Part shown: positions 24,613 through 35,269 of the stretch, one piece after another | Layout of the letters: the number at the start of each line of letters is the position of its first letter | Position numbering within the stretch: position 1 is the first letter of the stretch | IMG/VR virus record: IMGVR_UViG_3300022745_000029 | Coordinates: 7,118 to 71,117 of that record | DNA from: a virus | Direction: 5' to 3' (one strand) | Length of the DNA stretch: 64,000 bases | Translations under genes and position numbers: made by a program | Notes under the pieces: generated by a model | What the model was told of the DNA's origin: nothing | Seen by the model: the letters and a program-made list of their open reading frames with translations, nothing else | Database searches by the model: none

Positions 24613-27600
24613 GTGGAAAACCTCAATCTTAACCTGAGCGGGGAGCAGTTCACCAAAGCGGCGGAGATGATCATCTCCTCGCTGGTGGAGCTGCAGGGCG
24701 CCATCCAGAAGTTCGCCACGGCGCCGGCCGACCGCCTCAAGCAAGAGGTCGGGGCCCTCAACACAGCCATCCAGACCTCGCTGACCACGTCGCAGCAGGA
24801 GATCAACAAGGTCCAGGCCACTGTCCGCAAGGCGGGGGCTGCCGCAGCAGAGGAGGCTGCCCGCACAGGCAAGGCCACCGGCAAGGCGTTTTCCGACCAG
24901 CTGCAAGGGGAGATTGCCAAGATCCGCCTGACGGTGCCCGGAGTAGTGCTCCCGGGCGGCATCAAGGCCTCCATCGGGGCCAGCGGGCTTGGCGCCGGCC
25001 CGGAGCTTCTGAACACGCGTGCCCGCCTGATCTCGGCCGGCGCGGCGGACCCGGAGCTGGACAAGCTGGCAAAGGCATCCGCTGCGGCGATCAAGGCCGC
25101 CACGGTGCCCGGCTACCTACCGGCTGGCCCCGCTTGGTGGGACAAGGTAATCGCAGAGCAGCAGGCCGCCCAGGCAAAGCTCGACGCGGCCTATCAGAAA
25201 TCGATTGTCAAGCTCGAGAAAAACACGGCTCAGGCGGTCAAGGCCGCCACGGTGCCCGGCTACCTACCGGCTGGCCCCGCTTGGTGGGAGAAAACCCTCG
25301 CGGAGCAGGAGGCCCAGAAGACGGCAGCCAGTACCGCCCTGATCCGGCGGCAGGTCGCCGTGGCCTCCGCGTCACCTGTCGGACCCTTTAGCGTGTCGGA
25401 GGGAGCTAGCCTCGGCAAGGTTTACGGGGCCCTTGAGGAAAGGACCAACTCGCTGGCCGGGGCGAGCGGCTTGCTTTCCAGCCGCTCGCGGGAGGTTCAC
25501 TCGGCCCTGCGGGGGGTAGCAGCCGCAGCTGACCAGCTGTTCCTGACCTACGGGGCGATCATCCCGCTGACAACGACGTTCTTCGCGGCCAGCGCGGTCC
25601 GTCAGTCGTTCGCCGCGTTCAAGGACATTGAGTACCAGCTCAAGTTCGTGCAGGCTCTGTCTGGGGATGTGGGGAAGTCTTTCGACGACACTTTCCAGCG
25701 CCTCAACGGCATCGCGTCCCAAGCCGGCGTGGCCCCGGTGGAAGCTGCCAAAGGCCTGCGCATGCTCGCGCAGAGCGGCCTGTCCACGAATGAGGCCCTG
25801 TCGGCGCTGCCGGCAATCCTGACCACCGCCACGGTGGGTGAGCTCGGGTTCGCTGACGCGGCCCAGGCCATGACCGGCGCCGTCTACGCGTTCAACTTGA
25901 GCCTGAATGAGCTGGGCCGGGTGGGCGACATCTTTGCCAAAGCCGGCGCAGTGTCGAACACCAGCGTCTCGCAAATTGCGGAGTCGATGAAACAGGCCTC
26001 CACGGTGGCCGGCGAATTCCGGGTCAGCATTGAAGACACGGCCACCGCCCTGGTGGCGCTGGCGAAGCGGAACATCACCGGGTCTGCGGCAGGTACGGCT
26101 TGGCGCAACCTGCTGACCGAGCTTGCCTCGCCGAAGGGTGACGCGAAGCGGGTGGCTCAGCAGCTGGGTATCAACCTGTTCGACCCGATCAAGGGAACGA
26201 TGGACGACTTCTTTGGGAAGTTCATCCCAACCCTGCGGGAGAAGATCAAGGTATTCGACCCCCGTAGCCAGGCGTATATCTTCAGTACGCTGGCCAACGA
26301 GCGGGGGGCCAAGGCGCTGTCCGCTCTCATGGGCCTAGACGACGCCGCCCTGGCGGAGGTCAAGAGCCAGCTCAGCAAGGCTGAGGGGTTTGCCGCGCAG
26401 GCCAAACTACGGCTTGCCGACTCGGTCCAAGGGGACCTTGACAAGCTGAAGGCCTCCTTCACCAGCAGCCTGGCCTCGGCCGGCCAGGAGGGCGAGGGCG
26501 GCCTGCGCTCAGCTCTGCAATCGCTGCGGGAGACTGTAGAGTCGAAGGGCTTTCAGACGGCACTCAGCAGCACGGTGCAGCTCCTCGGGGCCCTCGCGCA
26601 GGCGGTCGGCACCCTAGCCACGGTGCTCACCAACCCAGCGGTGCAGCTTGCAGCGCTGGGTGTGACCCTCGTGTCTTTGCGTATGGCTGCGGCCGGCGCC
26701 GGCACAGGCCTACTGGCTCTTGGGGGCGCGATGGGGGCAGTCTCCCGCGCCTTCGTCGGCGTGGCTGTCGTTACCGGTGTCGTGGAGGCTTTCTCGGCCC
26801 TTTACTCCCTGCTGTCGAACCCCAGCCCCGCAGCCCGGGCGCTTAAGTCCACCGAGGACATGATCGCCAAGCAGGAGGAGTTCAACAATACCCTGCGCGA
26901 GCAGATCCGCCTGCAGAAGATCGCCAAGGGCGAGGACGGCGGCAACAACGCCGACCTGCAGGAAGCCCTGCGCAAGCAGGAGGCTCTTCGGGTCGAGTAC
27001 GAGAACAAGAGCAAGGAGGCGTTTGCGCGCCCGAAGGCCGTGCCGCTGGGCAAGGGGGCTGTGGTGGACCCGTTTGCCGTAGACGTGCAGCTTGCGCTGT
27101 CCGCGTACCAGGCGCAGGCCCGGCTGGTGGAGACGCTGCGGTCCAAGCAGAACGAAATGAAGGAGCTGCTTCGGGACCAGTACAAGGGTGCCAAGGTCGG
27201 GACCGATCTGCCCTCCGGAACAGCTAGTTTTGGGCTCAACGACGTCAACGGCGCCCGCGCCGCGTACCGCGACACGCAGTCCGAGATCAACAACATCTTC
27301 AAGCGGTACAAGAACCTTGCCGACGCTGAGGATGAGGCGTCTCGCCTGGCAGATGCGCAGCTGAAGGCCCGGTACGACCGGCGCGTCATCACACTTGACC
27401 AGTTTGAGGCCGCGCGCGACAAGCTGCAGAGCCAGCACCTGCTCACGCGCAAGGGCCTTCTCATCGAGGAGAAAGCGGAACTCGACACCAAACTTGAGCA
27501 GCTCAAGGATGAGGCCAAGCTGCTCAACGCTGCGGCCAACTACAAGGCCAAAGGCCCGGGCGGCACCAATACCGAAGTGTCGACCCGCGAAGTTCAGGCC

Positions 27601-28644
27601 CGCCAGGAGGCGGTGAAGGAGCGCCTTGCCGCGATCACCAACGAGATCACGAAGCTGCAGAACACGCAGGAGCTGAACGACGCAGCCACCCTGACGCGCC
27701 TGCTGCAGCACTCGGTGACTGCGGCAGAAGCCGCCCAGCGCCAGATCGAGGCGAACAAACAGGAGCTTGAGCTCATCAAACAGCAGGCCGACGAGCGCGC
27801 GAAGCTCAACGGCCTGACCGAGCGCGACCAGGCCGGCATGCTTGCCCGCATGAAGGTGGAGACCGCCAACCTCAAGGAGCAGCGCAACCTCACTGCCGAG
27901 ATCGAGCGCCTCAAGGGTATCAAGCTCTCGGACCCCGGGCGCTCTGCCGAGCTGCAGGAAGCGATCGCCGCGCGCGAGAAAGACCTGAAGGCGCTGAAGG
28001 ACTCCGGGGAAGAAACCGTCAAGACCTCGGTCGACGCCGCCCTCAAGAACTTCGACAGCGCGAAGCTGAAGTCGGCTGCCGACACCATCAGCGGCTCCAT
28101 TGCGGACGCCATCATCGACGGCACCGGGCAGGGCGCCAAGAGCATGGGCCAGATCCTTGAGCAGGAGCTGCTGAAGAAGCCCCTGCGCATGGCGCTTGCC
28201 AACCTGTTCAACCCCATCAGCAGCCAGATCGCCGGTGTGGGCATCGGCCTGGGCGACAGCCTGCTGCGCGGCTTCGGCGTCAACAGCGCGCTCAGCAGCG
28301 CCGGCGCATTCGCGGTCGACCCGATGGGCGCCGCCGTCGGATCCGTCTTGAGCGGCTTCCGCGCCAGCGGCGGCTCCACGCTGCCCGGCAACTGGTACAT
28401 GGCCGGCGAGAACGGCAAGGAGCTCATCAACTTCCCCACGTCCGGCCGCGTCTACAGTGCCGGCGACACCGCCAACATGATTGGCGGCCAGATCTCAGGG
28501 GGCGTCAACGTCACGCTGGCGCCCAACATCAGTATCGACAGCCGCACCGACCGCGCGGAGGTGGCCGCCGCCATCTCGCAAAGCATGCAGGCGACGCAGC
28601 GCCAGATGTACGAGCAGCTGCGTGAAGTAGGAGTGCTCCGGTAA
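24613..28644 (+). CDS. tail tape measure protein
   Basis: 1343 aa Ala-rich helical protein; TP901-type core (G.AAGTAWRN); RASGG...GENGKEL C-terminus. Confidence 0.92.
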   Translation: MENLNLNLSGEQFTKAAEMIISSLVELQGAIQKFATAPADRLKQEVGALNTAIQTSLTTSQQEINKVQATVRKAGAAAAEEAARTGKATGKAFSDQLQGEIAKIRLTVPGVVLPGGIKASIGASGLGAGPELLNTRARLISAGAADPELDKLAKASAAAIKAATVPGYLPAGPAWWDKVIAEQQAAQAKLDAAYQKSIVKLEKNTAQAVKAATVPGYLPAGPAWWEKTLAEQEAQKTAASTALIRRQVAVASASPVGPFSVSEGASLGKVYGALEERTNSLAGASGLLSSRSREVHSALRGVAAAADQLFLTYGAIIPLTTTFFAASAVRQSFAAFKDIEYQLKFVQALSGDVGKSFDDTFQRLNGIASQAGVAPVEAAKGLRMLAQSGLSTNEALSALPAILTTATVGELGFADAAQAMTGAVYAFNLSLNELGRVGDIFAKAGAVSNTSVSQIAESMKQASTVAGEFRVSIEDTATALVALAKRNITGSAAGTAWRNLLTELASPKGDAKRVAQQLGINLFDPIKGTMDDFFGKFIPTLREKIKVFDPRSQAYIFSTLANERGAKALSALMGLDDAALAEVKSQLSKAEGFAAQAKLRLADSVQGDLDKLKASFTSSLASAGQEGEGGLRSALQSLRETVESKGFQTALSSTVQLLGALAQAVGTLATVLTNPAVQLAALGVTLVSLRMAAAGAGTGLLALGGAMGAVSRAFVGVAVVTGVVEAFSALYSLLSNPSPAARALKSTEDMIAKQEEFNNTLREQIRLQKIAKGEDGGNNADLQEALRKQEALRVEYENKSKEAFARPKAVPLGKGAVVDPFAVDVQLALSAYQAQARLVETLRSKQNEMKELLRDQYKGAKVGTDLPSGTASFGLNDVNGARAAYRDTQSEINNIFKRYKNLADAEDEASRLADAQLKARYDRRVITLDQFEAARDKLQSQHLLTRKGLLIEEKAELDTKLEQLKDEAKLLNAAANYKAKGPGGTNTEVSTREVQARQEAVKERLAAITNEITKLQNTQELNDAATLTRLLQHSVTAAEAAQRQIEANKQELELIKQQADERAKLNGLTERDQAGMLARMKVETANLKEQRNLTAEIERLKGIKLSDPGRSAELQEAIAAREKDLKALKDSGEETVKTSVDAALKNFDSAKLKSAADTISGSIADAIIDGTGQGAKSMGQILEQELLKKPLRMALANLFNPISSQIAGVGIGLGDSLLRGFGVNSALSSAGAFAVDPMGAAVGSVLSGFRASGGSTLPGNWYMAGENGKELINFPTSGRVYSAGDTANMIGGQISGGVNVTLAPNISIDSRTDRAEVAAAISQSMQATQRQMYEQLREVGVLR
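25091..25289 (+). repeat. 52-bp perfect direct repeat in tape measure gene
   Basis: 25091-25142 identical to 25238-25289 (KAATVPGYLPAGPAWW twice). Confidence 0.9.
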
Positions 28645-29264
28645 TGGCCGTCATCCAACTCCCCAGCACCCTGAAGCTGAAGAGCCTGGTCGTCGGCCAG
28701 CGCCGGCACGACCTTGACTTCAGCAACCCGGAGTCCGGCAACGGCTCCGTGCGCCCGCTTGGGCCCCCACAGTGGACGTACAGCTTCACCAGCGACGACC
28801 AGATGGACCTGCTGCAGGCCTCCGAATGGGAAGCCCTGCAGATGCAGATGCGCGGGCGCATCAACCGCCTTGAGGCCTGGGACGTGGGCAAGCCTGCGCC
28901 GCTGGGCACCATGCGCGGGACGATGACGCTCAACGGCGCGCACGCCGCCGGCGCCGTCACGCTGAACATCAGCGCCGCAGGGCAGGGCAGCAAGACCTTG
29001 CTGCAGGGTGACTGGCTGCGCGTGGCCTCGGGCCTGGGCACCAGCCAGCTGGTCAAGGTGCTGGGGGCCGCCACCGCCGACGTCAGCGGCAACATCGCCG
29101 TCACCGTCGAGCCCCCGCTGCGCCTTGCCTTCACCAGCGGCACCGCCGTTTCGTGGGACAAGCCCACCGCTTTCTACCAGCTCGAGTCCGCCGATGCCAG
29201 CTGGAAGTACGAGCGCGCCATCCAGGGCAGTTTCAGCCTGACCCTCGTCGAGAAGTGGTACTGA
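28644..29264 (+). CDS. distal tail protein
   Basis: Follows tape measure; V.PPLR motif. Confidence 0.7.
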   Translation: MAVIQLPSTLKLKSLVVGQRRHDLDFSNPESGNGSVRPLGPPQWTYSFTSDDQMDLLQASEWEALQMQMRGRINRLEAWDVGKPAPLGTMRGTMTLNGAHAAGAVTLNISAAGQGSKTLLQGDWLRVASGLGTSQLVKVLGAATADVSGNIAVTVEPPLRLAFTSGTAVSWDKPTAFYQLESADASWKYERAIQGSFSLTLVEKWY

Positions 29265-29265
29265 C

Positions 29266-29862
29266 ATGCTGAACCTTGGCACCAGCGTCAACAGCCAGAT
29301 CGCCACCAAAGTCATTGGTGGCGTCTGGCTCGTCGAGATGTTCTTCGCGTCAGGCACGCAGCGCCTGACCAACTGGCCCCTGTCCCTCACCTACGGGGCG
29401 AACACCTACACCGGCCTGGGCACTGTGGGGTCCGTGGGCAACCTCACCGAGAGCGAGGCTAATACCGACAAGCGCACCACGCTCACCCTGAGCCCGGTCC
29501 GTACCGAGCTGCTTGCCCTGGCGCTGGGCAACGTCGAGGGCTACCGCGGCAAACCCGTCAACATCTACCTGTGGGCTATCGGCGACAACTACCAGCCGGT
29601 GGGCAACCCCCTGTTGCGTTTCTTCGGCGTTATGGACCAGGTGTCGGTCAAACGGAACGCCGGGCAGAGTGGTGAGGTCACCGGCAGCATCGAAATGACG
29701 TGCCTACCCGGCGGCGCCGACTCTACCCGCAAGGGCTCCACGCTGCGCATGAACAACGCCCAGCACCAGTCCCGCCACCCCGGCGAGCGCGGGTTCGAGT
29801 ACGTCAACGACCTGCTGGCCAATGAGCAGGTCTGGCTCTCCAAGAACTTCCAGGCGGCCTGA
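29266..29862 (+). CDS. minor tail protein
   Basis: Y.GLG..GS, F.G.MD, Q..HPGERGFEYV motifs. Confidence 0.75.
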   Translation: MLNLGTSVNSQIATKVIGGVWLVEMFFASGTQRLTNWPLSLTYGANTYTGLGTVGSVGNLTESEANTDKRTTLTLSPVRTELLALALGNVEGYRGKPVNIYLWAIGDNYQPVGNPLLRFFGVMDQVSVKRNAGQSGEVTGSIEMTCLPGGADSTRKGSTLRMNNAQHQSRHPGERGFEYVNDLLANEQVWLSKNFQAA

Positions 29863-29863
29863 C

Positions 29864-30259
29864 ATGCACAGCTCCGTACACGCGCGCCTGGACGCACTGG
29901 TCGCCGCCCAGCTGAAAAAGCCCTTCGACTGGAACGGCAACAACTGCTGCACGTTCGCCGCCGACTGGGTGCTGGCCATCACCGGCGTCGACCACATGGC
30001 CGAGTACCGCGACATCAAAACTGCCCTGCAGGCGGCGCGCGCCCTGCGCAAGCTCGGCGGCCTGGCGTCGGCGGCCTCCGTCATCGGGCCGGAAGTGCTG
30101 CCAGGTATGGCCCGCTACGGCGACATCACCCTCGTCGCCGGCGAGAAGGGCCGGGCTTCCCTTGCTCCCTGTATCGGGCCTAGTGTGGTGGCGCCCAGTG
30201 CCACAGGCCTTGTTTGCATGCCGCTGGAGTGGGCAACCAAAGCCTGGAGGGTGCAGTGA
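29864..30259 (+). CDS. NlpC/P60-like tail protein
   Basis: KPFDWNGNNCCTFAADWV.AITGVD, A.YGD. Confidence 0.75.
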   Translation: MHSSVHARLDALVAAQLKKPFDWNGNNCCTFAADWVLAITGVDHMAEYRDIKTALQAARALRKLGGLASAASVIGPEVLPGMARYGDITLVAGEKGRASLAPCIGPSVVAPSATGLVCMPLEWATKAWRVQ

Positions 30260-33200
30260 TTTTGCGGATCGTGGTGGCCATGCTGCTCGCGCTGGGCGCG
30301 GGCTCGGCGCTGGCCGCTGATCCTGCATCGATCGTGGCCTTTACCTTGTTCGACATGGGGGCGAGCTCCACGTTCGCGCTATGGGTGGCCGGGAATCTCG
30401 GGACGCTTGCCACTATCGGCCTGGTCGGCTTCCAGATGTACGGCAACGCCGCCGCCAAGCGCAAAGCTGCGGACGCCGCTGCCTCGCAGGCCGAGGCCAA
30501 CCGCATCGCCTACAACGCCGGCCTGCAGGACCGCACCGCTATGGTGCTGAGTTCCGAGGCGCCATTCGTCACGATCTACGGGGAAGCCCGTGTGGGCGGC
30601 GCCGTCGTGGCCATGTTCACCAGCGACAAGCTGGACTCCGGCCCTTCGAGCATCTTTCGCGCCGGCAGCGCCGACAAGACGCGCGACGCGCTGCGCCACC
30701 TGGTGATCGTGGTGGCCGCTCACGAGGTCACCGGTATCGACGAAATCTACATCGACGGCGACGCCTTCGGCCCGTTGGACAGCAACGGCTACGTCACTGG
30801 CGGCGCGTTCTTTGCCGCCGAGCCTGTGCAGCGCACCGCCAGCGTGGCGTTCGACGGCTCCGGCCACGCCACGCTGCCCGAGTCATCCATCGGCTTGGTC
30901 AGCGTGCAGGCTATCCAGTCCGGAGAGTACGGCGACTACGCGGCGACCGTGCCAGGCGCCACCGTCTCCGGCACCACCGTGACGGTGCCCTTGCAGTACG
31001 CAGGCCTCACCGGCACCGTCGTCTACAACATCCAGGGTGGCCACCCCACCGTGCGCGTCAGTAAGCACTTGGGCACCGTCGGTGACACCGCCGACGCCTA
31101 CCTCATGTCGGCCGTGCCCGACAAGTGGACGTCCCAGCACCTGCTCAGCGGGTTCGCCTACGTGGTGATCACGCTGGACCTGAACAACCAGCGCTTTCAG
31201 TCCGGCTTGCCCAAGTTCAGCTTCCAGACACGTGGCAAGAAGGTGTACGACTACCGCACCAGCACCACCGCCTACAGCACCAACCCTGCTCTGTGCACGG
31301 CCGACTTCCTGAACTCCGAAATGTGGTCGGCCAACACCCGCGTGTCGGTCATTGCTGCGGACGCCATGTCCGCCGCCAGCGATGCCGACACCCACGGCTA
31401 CACCTGCAACGGATCCTTCACCAGCAACGACGCCCCGAAGGCGGTGCTGGAGGCGCTGGTGCAGTCCATGGCTGGGTTCGCGTTCGTGGCCGGGGGGTGG
31501 CGCATCCTTGCCGGGTCGTGGCAGACACCGGTGCTGGCCCTGGACGGCTCCAACATCGAAGGCCTGATCGAGATCTCGCAGGTCGGCGCCAGCCGCAGTG
31601 ACATCTTCAACGGCGTGCGCGGCACCTACCTCCCGTACAACACCGCCGTGGTGACGGACTTCACCCCGTACCGCAACGCCACGTACTCGACCGCGGACGG
31701 TGGTGACCTTTGGTCTGACATGACGTTCACCTGGACCAACACCAACCAGGGCTGCCAGAACCTCGCGCGCGTGTTCACTGAGCGCATGCGCAACGGCTTG
31801 ACCGTCACCGTGCCGGCCGGCATGGAGGCTTGGGGCGTGCAGCCCGGCGACCGCGTGTGGCTGACCAGCGCCGAGTTCGGCTGGGCGTCGAAGACCTTCC
31901 GCGTGACGGATTGGTCATTCGGCTTGAACACGCCGGTCATGCTCACCCTGCAGGAGGACGTGGCCGCCACGTACGACGCCGCCGACGCCGTAGTGGTCGA
32001 CCAGTCGCCCAACACCGATCTGGTAGACCCCTTCGAGATCGCCGCGCCTGCCTTCATCACCGCCACCAGCGGCACCGCCGACCTGAAGATCGGAACTGAT
32101 GGCTCCGTGCAGTCGCGCGTGAAGCTGGTGCTGCCCCTGAGCACCAACCCCTACGTCACCAACGGCGGCACACTCGAAATCGACTACCGGCCCGACGACG
32201 GCAACCCCGCCACACCCACACAGACCCTGAGCCTGCCGGGCGACACCGCGTCCACCTACCTGACCGACGTGGTGGACGGCCAGCAGTACCTCATCCGCGC
32301 GCGGTACACGCACACCCTTGCCACCGGCCCGTGGAAGATCATCACCCACCGTGTGGTCGGAAAGACGGAGGCCCCGCCCGACGTCACCTACTTCGTGATC
32401 GACGGCGACCGCCTGAGCTGGACGGGTGTAGCCGCCCTGGACCTGGCCGGCTACGAGATCCGGTTCAACTACGGCAGCAACACCTGGTGGGACGGCGCTG
32501 CGCCCCTGCACACGGGCGTCATCACCGACAACCCGTACACCATGACGAGCCGGCCCGTGGGCCCTGTAACCCTGCTCATCAAGGCCGTCGACACCAGCGG
32601 AAACTACTCGGCCCACGCGGCAACGATTCTGACGGACCTGGGCATCCCCACTGTCAGCAACCTGTATTTGTCCTGGCCGCAGGCCACCACCTTCCCGGGC
32701 ACCATCGTCAACGGCGCCGTGTCCGGCGGCACGTTGGCGGCCGACGCTACCGACCGCTTTTACGGCCCCGACGCGGAGCCGTTCTACGGCACCGATAGCA
32801 CAGCCGTTTTCTACGACGCCAGCACGTACAAGGACATGTCCTACACATGGGGCGTTACCCCCACGGCGTCTGGCACGCTGCTGCTGGACTACGCGGTGGC
32901 CGCGAGCAACTACACCATCGAGTACCAGCGCGACAGCCAGGCCGTGTTCTACGGCACCGGCACCGATCCGTTCTACGGCACATCGACCGACCCGTTTTAC
33001 GGCACCCCCACGGACTGGACCACATGGCCCGGCTCCCTTGAAATCGGCCGGCCCGAGCAGATCAGCTTCCGTATCTCCACGGTCGGCGGCACCACCCGGG
33101 GCGTCATCACCACGGCCACCACCAAGCTGGACGTCCCCGACGTCACCGAGAGCCTGAACGACGTCGTCATCAGCGCGGCGGGCACCCGCCTGCCCATCAC

Positions 33201-33375
33201 GAAGACCTACCGCGCCATCGAGAACGTGAAGCTCACCGCGCAGAATGACGGCAATGGCGGCGTGGCCGTCCGCATCGAGGACAAGAACGCCGCACTCGGG
33301 CCGCTCGTGAAGGTTTTCAACGCCGCGGGCACCGCGGTCAACGGCTTGCTGGACGCCGAGATCCAGGGTTACTAA
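30256..33375 (+). CDS. tail tip / central fibre protein (gpJ-like)
   Basis: IYGEARVGG, GKKVYDYR, YSTNPALC, QPGDRV motifs; FN3-like segments. Confidence 0.88.
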   Translation: MILRIVVAMLLALGAGSALAADPASIVAFTLFDMGASSTFALWVAGNLGTLATIGLVGFQMYGNAAAKRKAADAAASQAEANRIAYNAGLQDRTAMVLSSEAPFVTIYGEARVGGAVVAMFTSDKLDSGPSSIFRAGSADKTRDALRHLVIVVAAHEVTGIDEIYIDGDAFGPLDSNGYVTGGAFFAAEPVQRTASVAFDGSGHATLPESSIGLVSVQAIQSGEYGDYAATVPGATVSGTTVTVPLQYAGLTGTVVYNIQGGHPTVRVSKHLGTVGDTADAYLMSAVPDKWTSQHLLSGFAYVVITLDLNNQRFQSGLPKFSFQTRGKKVYDYRTSTTAYSTNPALCTADFLNSEMWSANTRVSVIAADAMSAASDADTHGYTCNGSFTSNDAPKAVLEALVQSMAGFAFVAGGWRILAGSWQTPVLALDGSNIEGLIEISQVGASRSDIFNGVRGTYLPYNTAVVTDFTPYRNATYSTADGGDLWSDMTFTWTNTNQGCQNLARVFTERMRNGLTVTVPAGMEAWGVQPGDRVWLTSAEFGWASKTFRVTDWSFGLNTPVMLTLQEDVAATYDAADAVVVDQSPNTDLVDPFEIAAPAFITATSGTADLKIGTDGSVQSRVKLVLPLSTNPYVTNGGTLEIDYRPDDGNPATPTQTLSLPGDTASTYLTDVVDGQQYLIRARYTHTLATGPWKIITHRVVGKTEAPPDVTYFVIDGDRLSWTGVAALDLAGYEIRFNYGSNTWWDGAAPLHTGVITDNPYTMTSRPVGPVTLLIKAVDTSGNYSAHAATILTDLGIPTVSNLYLSWPQATTFPGTIVNGAVSGGTLAADATDRFYGPDAEPFYGTDSTAVFYDASTYKDMSYTWGVTPTASGTLLLDYAVAASNYTIEYQRDSQAVFYGTGTDPFYGTSTDPFYGTPTDWTTWPGSLEIGRPEQISFRISTVGGTTRGVITTATTKLDVPDVTESLNDVVISAAGTRLPITKTYRAIENVKLTAQNDGNGGVAVRIEDKNAALGPLVKVFNAAGTAVNGLLDAEIQGY

Positions 33376-33396
33376 CCACAAGAAGAAAGACCCACT

Positions 33397-33852
33397 ATGG
33401 CTGCACCATTGCCCACCCGCACGGACATATCCGGCACACCCAGCAACGCCACAGCGAAGGCTGCCTTGACCGCAATCTACGACTTTCTCGCTGAAAAGTT
33501 CGTGAATGCGGCCAACGGCACGCTGAAGCTCTTGCTCGGGGCGTACACACCATCAGCGACACCGGCGTTCAGTGCCACGCCGACGTTCGACGCCAGCACG
33601 ACCAACGTGTTCGAGCCGGCGCCGCTCACCGCCAACGTCACCAGCATGACGATCAGCAACCCCAACGGCGGCCAGACCATCAACATCCGCTTCGAACAGG
33701 ACAGCACGGGCGGGCGCACCGTGGCACTGCCGTCGGGCGCCAAAGTGTCTGGGGGCGTCAACACCACGGCGTCCAGCGTGACCGTGCTCACCATGACCTA
33801 CTCGGCGCGCGCCTCGCGCTGGGAGGGGGCCTGGGTTGGAGTACCCGCATGA
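33397..33852 (+). CDS. tail fibre-associated protein
   Basis: QDSTGGRTVA motif typical of fibre adaptors. Confidence 0.65.
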   Translation: MAAPLPTRTDISGTPSNATAKAALTAIYDFLAEKFVNAANGTLKLLLGAYTPSATPAFSATPTFDASTTNVFEPAPLTANVTSMTISNPNGGQTINIRFEQDSTGGRTVALPSGAKVSGGVNTTASSVTVLTMTYSARASRWEGAWVGVPA

Positions 33853-34871
33853 GCTTCGGTGCACGCCTTGCCCGGCAGCCTTCGTTGTTCCGCAACTTCC
33901 TTGGCACCAGCCCGGACGCCAAGAACTGGACCTACGCCGGCAGTGTTCCGTCCCCGCGTCCGCAGGCCATCGCCAGCAATGGCAATGTGCTGGTGGCGGT
34001 CACGGGGCAGTACCTGTCACGTGGCCTAAATAACGTAGACAACCCCTATGCGCATGTCAGTAACGACAACGGGCAGACTTGGGCCTCTGTCGTGACGAGC
34101 GCTTACAGCCCCTATGACGTTGTATGGACTGGCTCAAAGTTCGTGGCCATCGGGGAGTCGGACGCAACCACTCACGCGGTAGCCACAAGCCCGGACGGCC
34201 GCAACTGGGCCGCAGTAACAAGCCTCGGCCTCAACTCGCCCTGGGCGATGTGCAGCCTCGCCGTGGGCCCGGACGGAGCCCTGTGGGCCTGTGGCGGAGA
34301 CACCGGCGTTACTGCCGCCGGTGCGGGCACCCAATGGTTTACCAAAAGCACGGACGGGGGCAGCACATGGTCTTCCCCGATTAACAACCCGGTGGGGGGC
34401 AGCATCACGGGGGCGGCCGGGCAGCTTGTGGTGGGGGCGGGCAAGGTTGTTGCGACGGTGTTCACCTACCTCGGCAGCACCGCGTATGTCCTCACGGCGC
34501 CGTCGAATGCCGCCGCTGCTTACGGCAACTTCACCGCAGTTGCGCTCCCCACTGCGACGTACCCCTCGGCGGGCGTCATCTACTCCGCAAGGCTTGGTCT
34601 TTTTATTGTGGTGGGTGGCTCCAGCGGCAGCCAGGCGGCCACCATCTGGACCAGCCCGGACGGGGTGACATGGACCAACCGGCTGAATGTGTCCGGAACC
34701 GGGTACGGAAAGCTGCTCGGGGTTGCTGAGGGGCCTGGGGGGCTCCTGGCGGTGCCCGGCAATATGTCAGCGTACCCCTTCTACAGCGCCGACGGCATCA
34801 CCTGGACGGCGGTCACATCCTCCGCGCCCTCGGGCACCAACAGCACCGGCTTCATTCTGGGGGCACCATGA
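33849..34871 (+). CDS. beta-propeller receptor-binding protein
   Basis: Asp-box repeats SNDNGQTW, SPDGRNW, STDGGSTW, SPDGVTW, SADGITW. Confidence 0.75.
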   Translation: MSFGARLARQPSLFRNFLGTSPDAKNWTYAGSVPSPRPQAIASNGNVLVAVTGQYLSRGLNNVDNPYAHVSNDNGQTWASVVTSAYSPYDVVWTGSKFVAIGESDATTHAVATSPDGRNWAAVTSLGLNSPWAMCSLAVGPDGALWACGGDTGVTAAGAGTQWFTKSTDGGSTWSSPINNPVGGSITGAAGQLVVGAGKVVATVFTYLGSTAYVLTAPSNAAAAYGNFTAVALPTATYPSAGVIYSARLGLFIVVGGSSGSQAATIWTSPDGVTWTNRLNVSGTGYGKLLGVAEGPGGLLAVPGNMSAYPFYSADGITWTAVTSSAPSGTNSTGFILGAP

Positions 34872-35200
34872 TCCTTTCCCTTCCGTTCCGCCCATTCGGC
34901 TTCGCGGCTTTCACCTGCTGGCCTTTCGTTTTTGTCCACAAAGACAGCCTGAACGACAGCCCTCTGCTGGCCCACGAGGGCGTGCACTACGCCGAGCAGC
35001 GCCGCGTGCTGACGCTGCCATGGCTGCTGGCCTACCTGCTGTGGGCTCCGTTCCGCCTGCGCGCGGAGGTACGGGCGTACGCGCTGCAGATCAAACTGGG
35101 GGGCCTCTCGCCGGAGCAGGCAGCCCAGCTTCTGCTGCGCTACCGCTGTGGGGTCACGTATGACGAGGTGCTTGGCCTGGTGCAGGCGGCTGCCGGCTGA
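34868..35200 (+). CDS. HExxH metallopeptidase-like protein
   Basis: LLAHEGVHYAEQ...EVRAY. Confidence 0.65.
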   Translation: MILSLPFRPFGFAAFTCWPFVFVHKDSLNDSPLLAHEGVHYAEQRRVLTLPWLLAYLLWAPFRLRAEVRAYALQIKLGGLSPEQAAQLLLRYRCGVTYDEVLGLVQAAAG

Positions 35201-35212
35201 CAACACCCGGGG

Positions 35213-35242
35213 TTTACTTTCCCGGAGTCAGACCCCGAGTAT
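35213..35242 (+). promoter_or_regulatory. late-promoter motif copy 7 (lysis operon)
   Basis: CCGGGG-TTTACT-N18-GAGTAT. Confidence 0.6.
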
Positions 35243-35269
35243 TCCCTGAACTTATTCAGGGACCACCCC

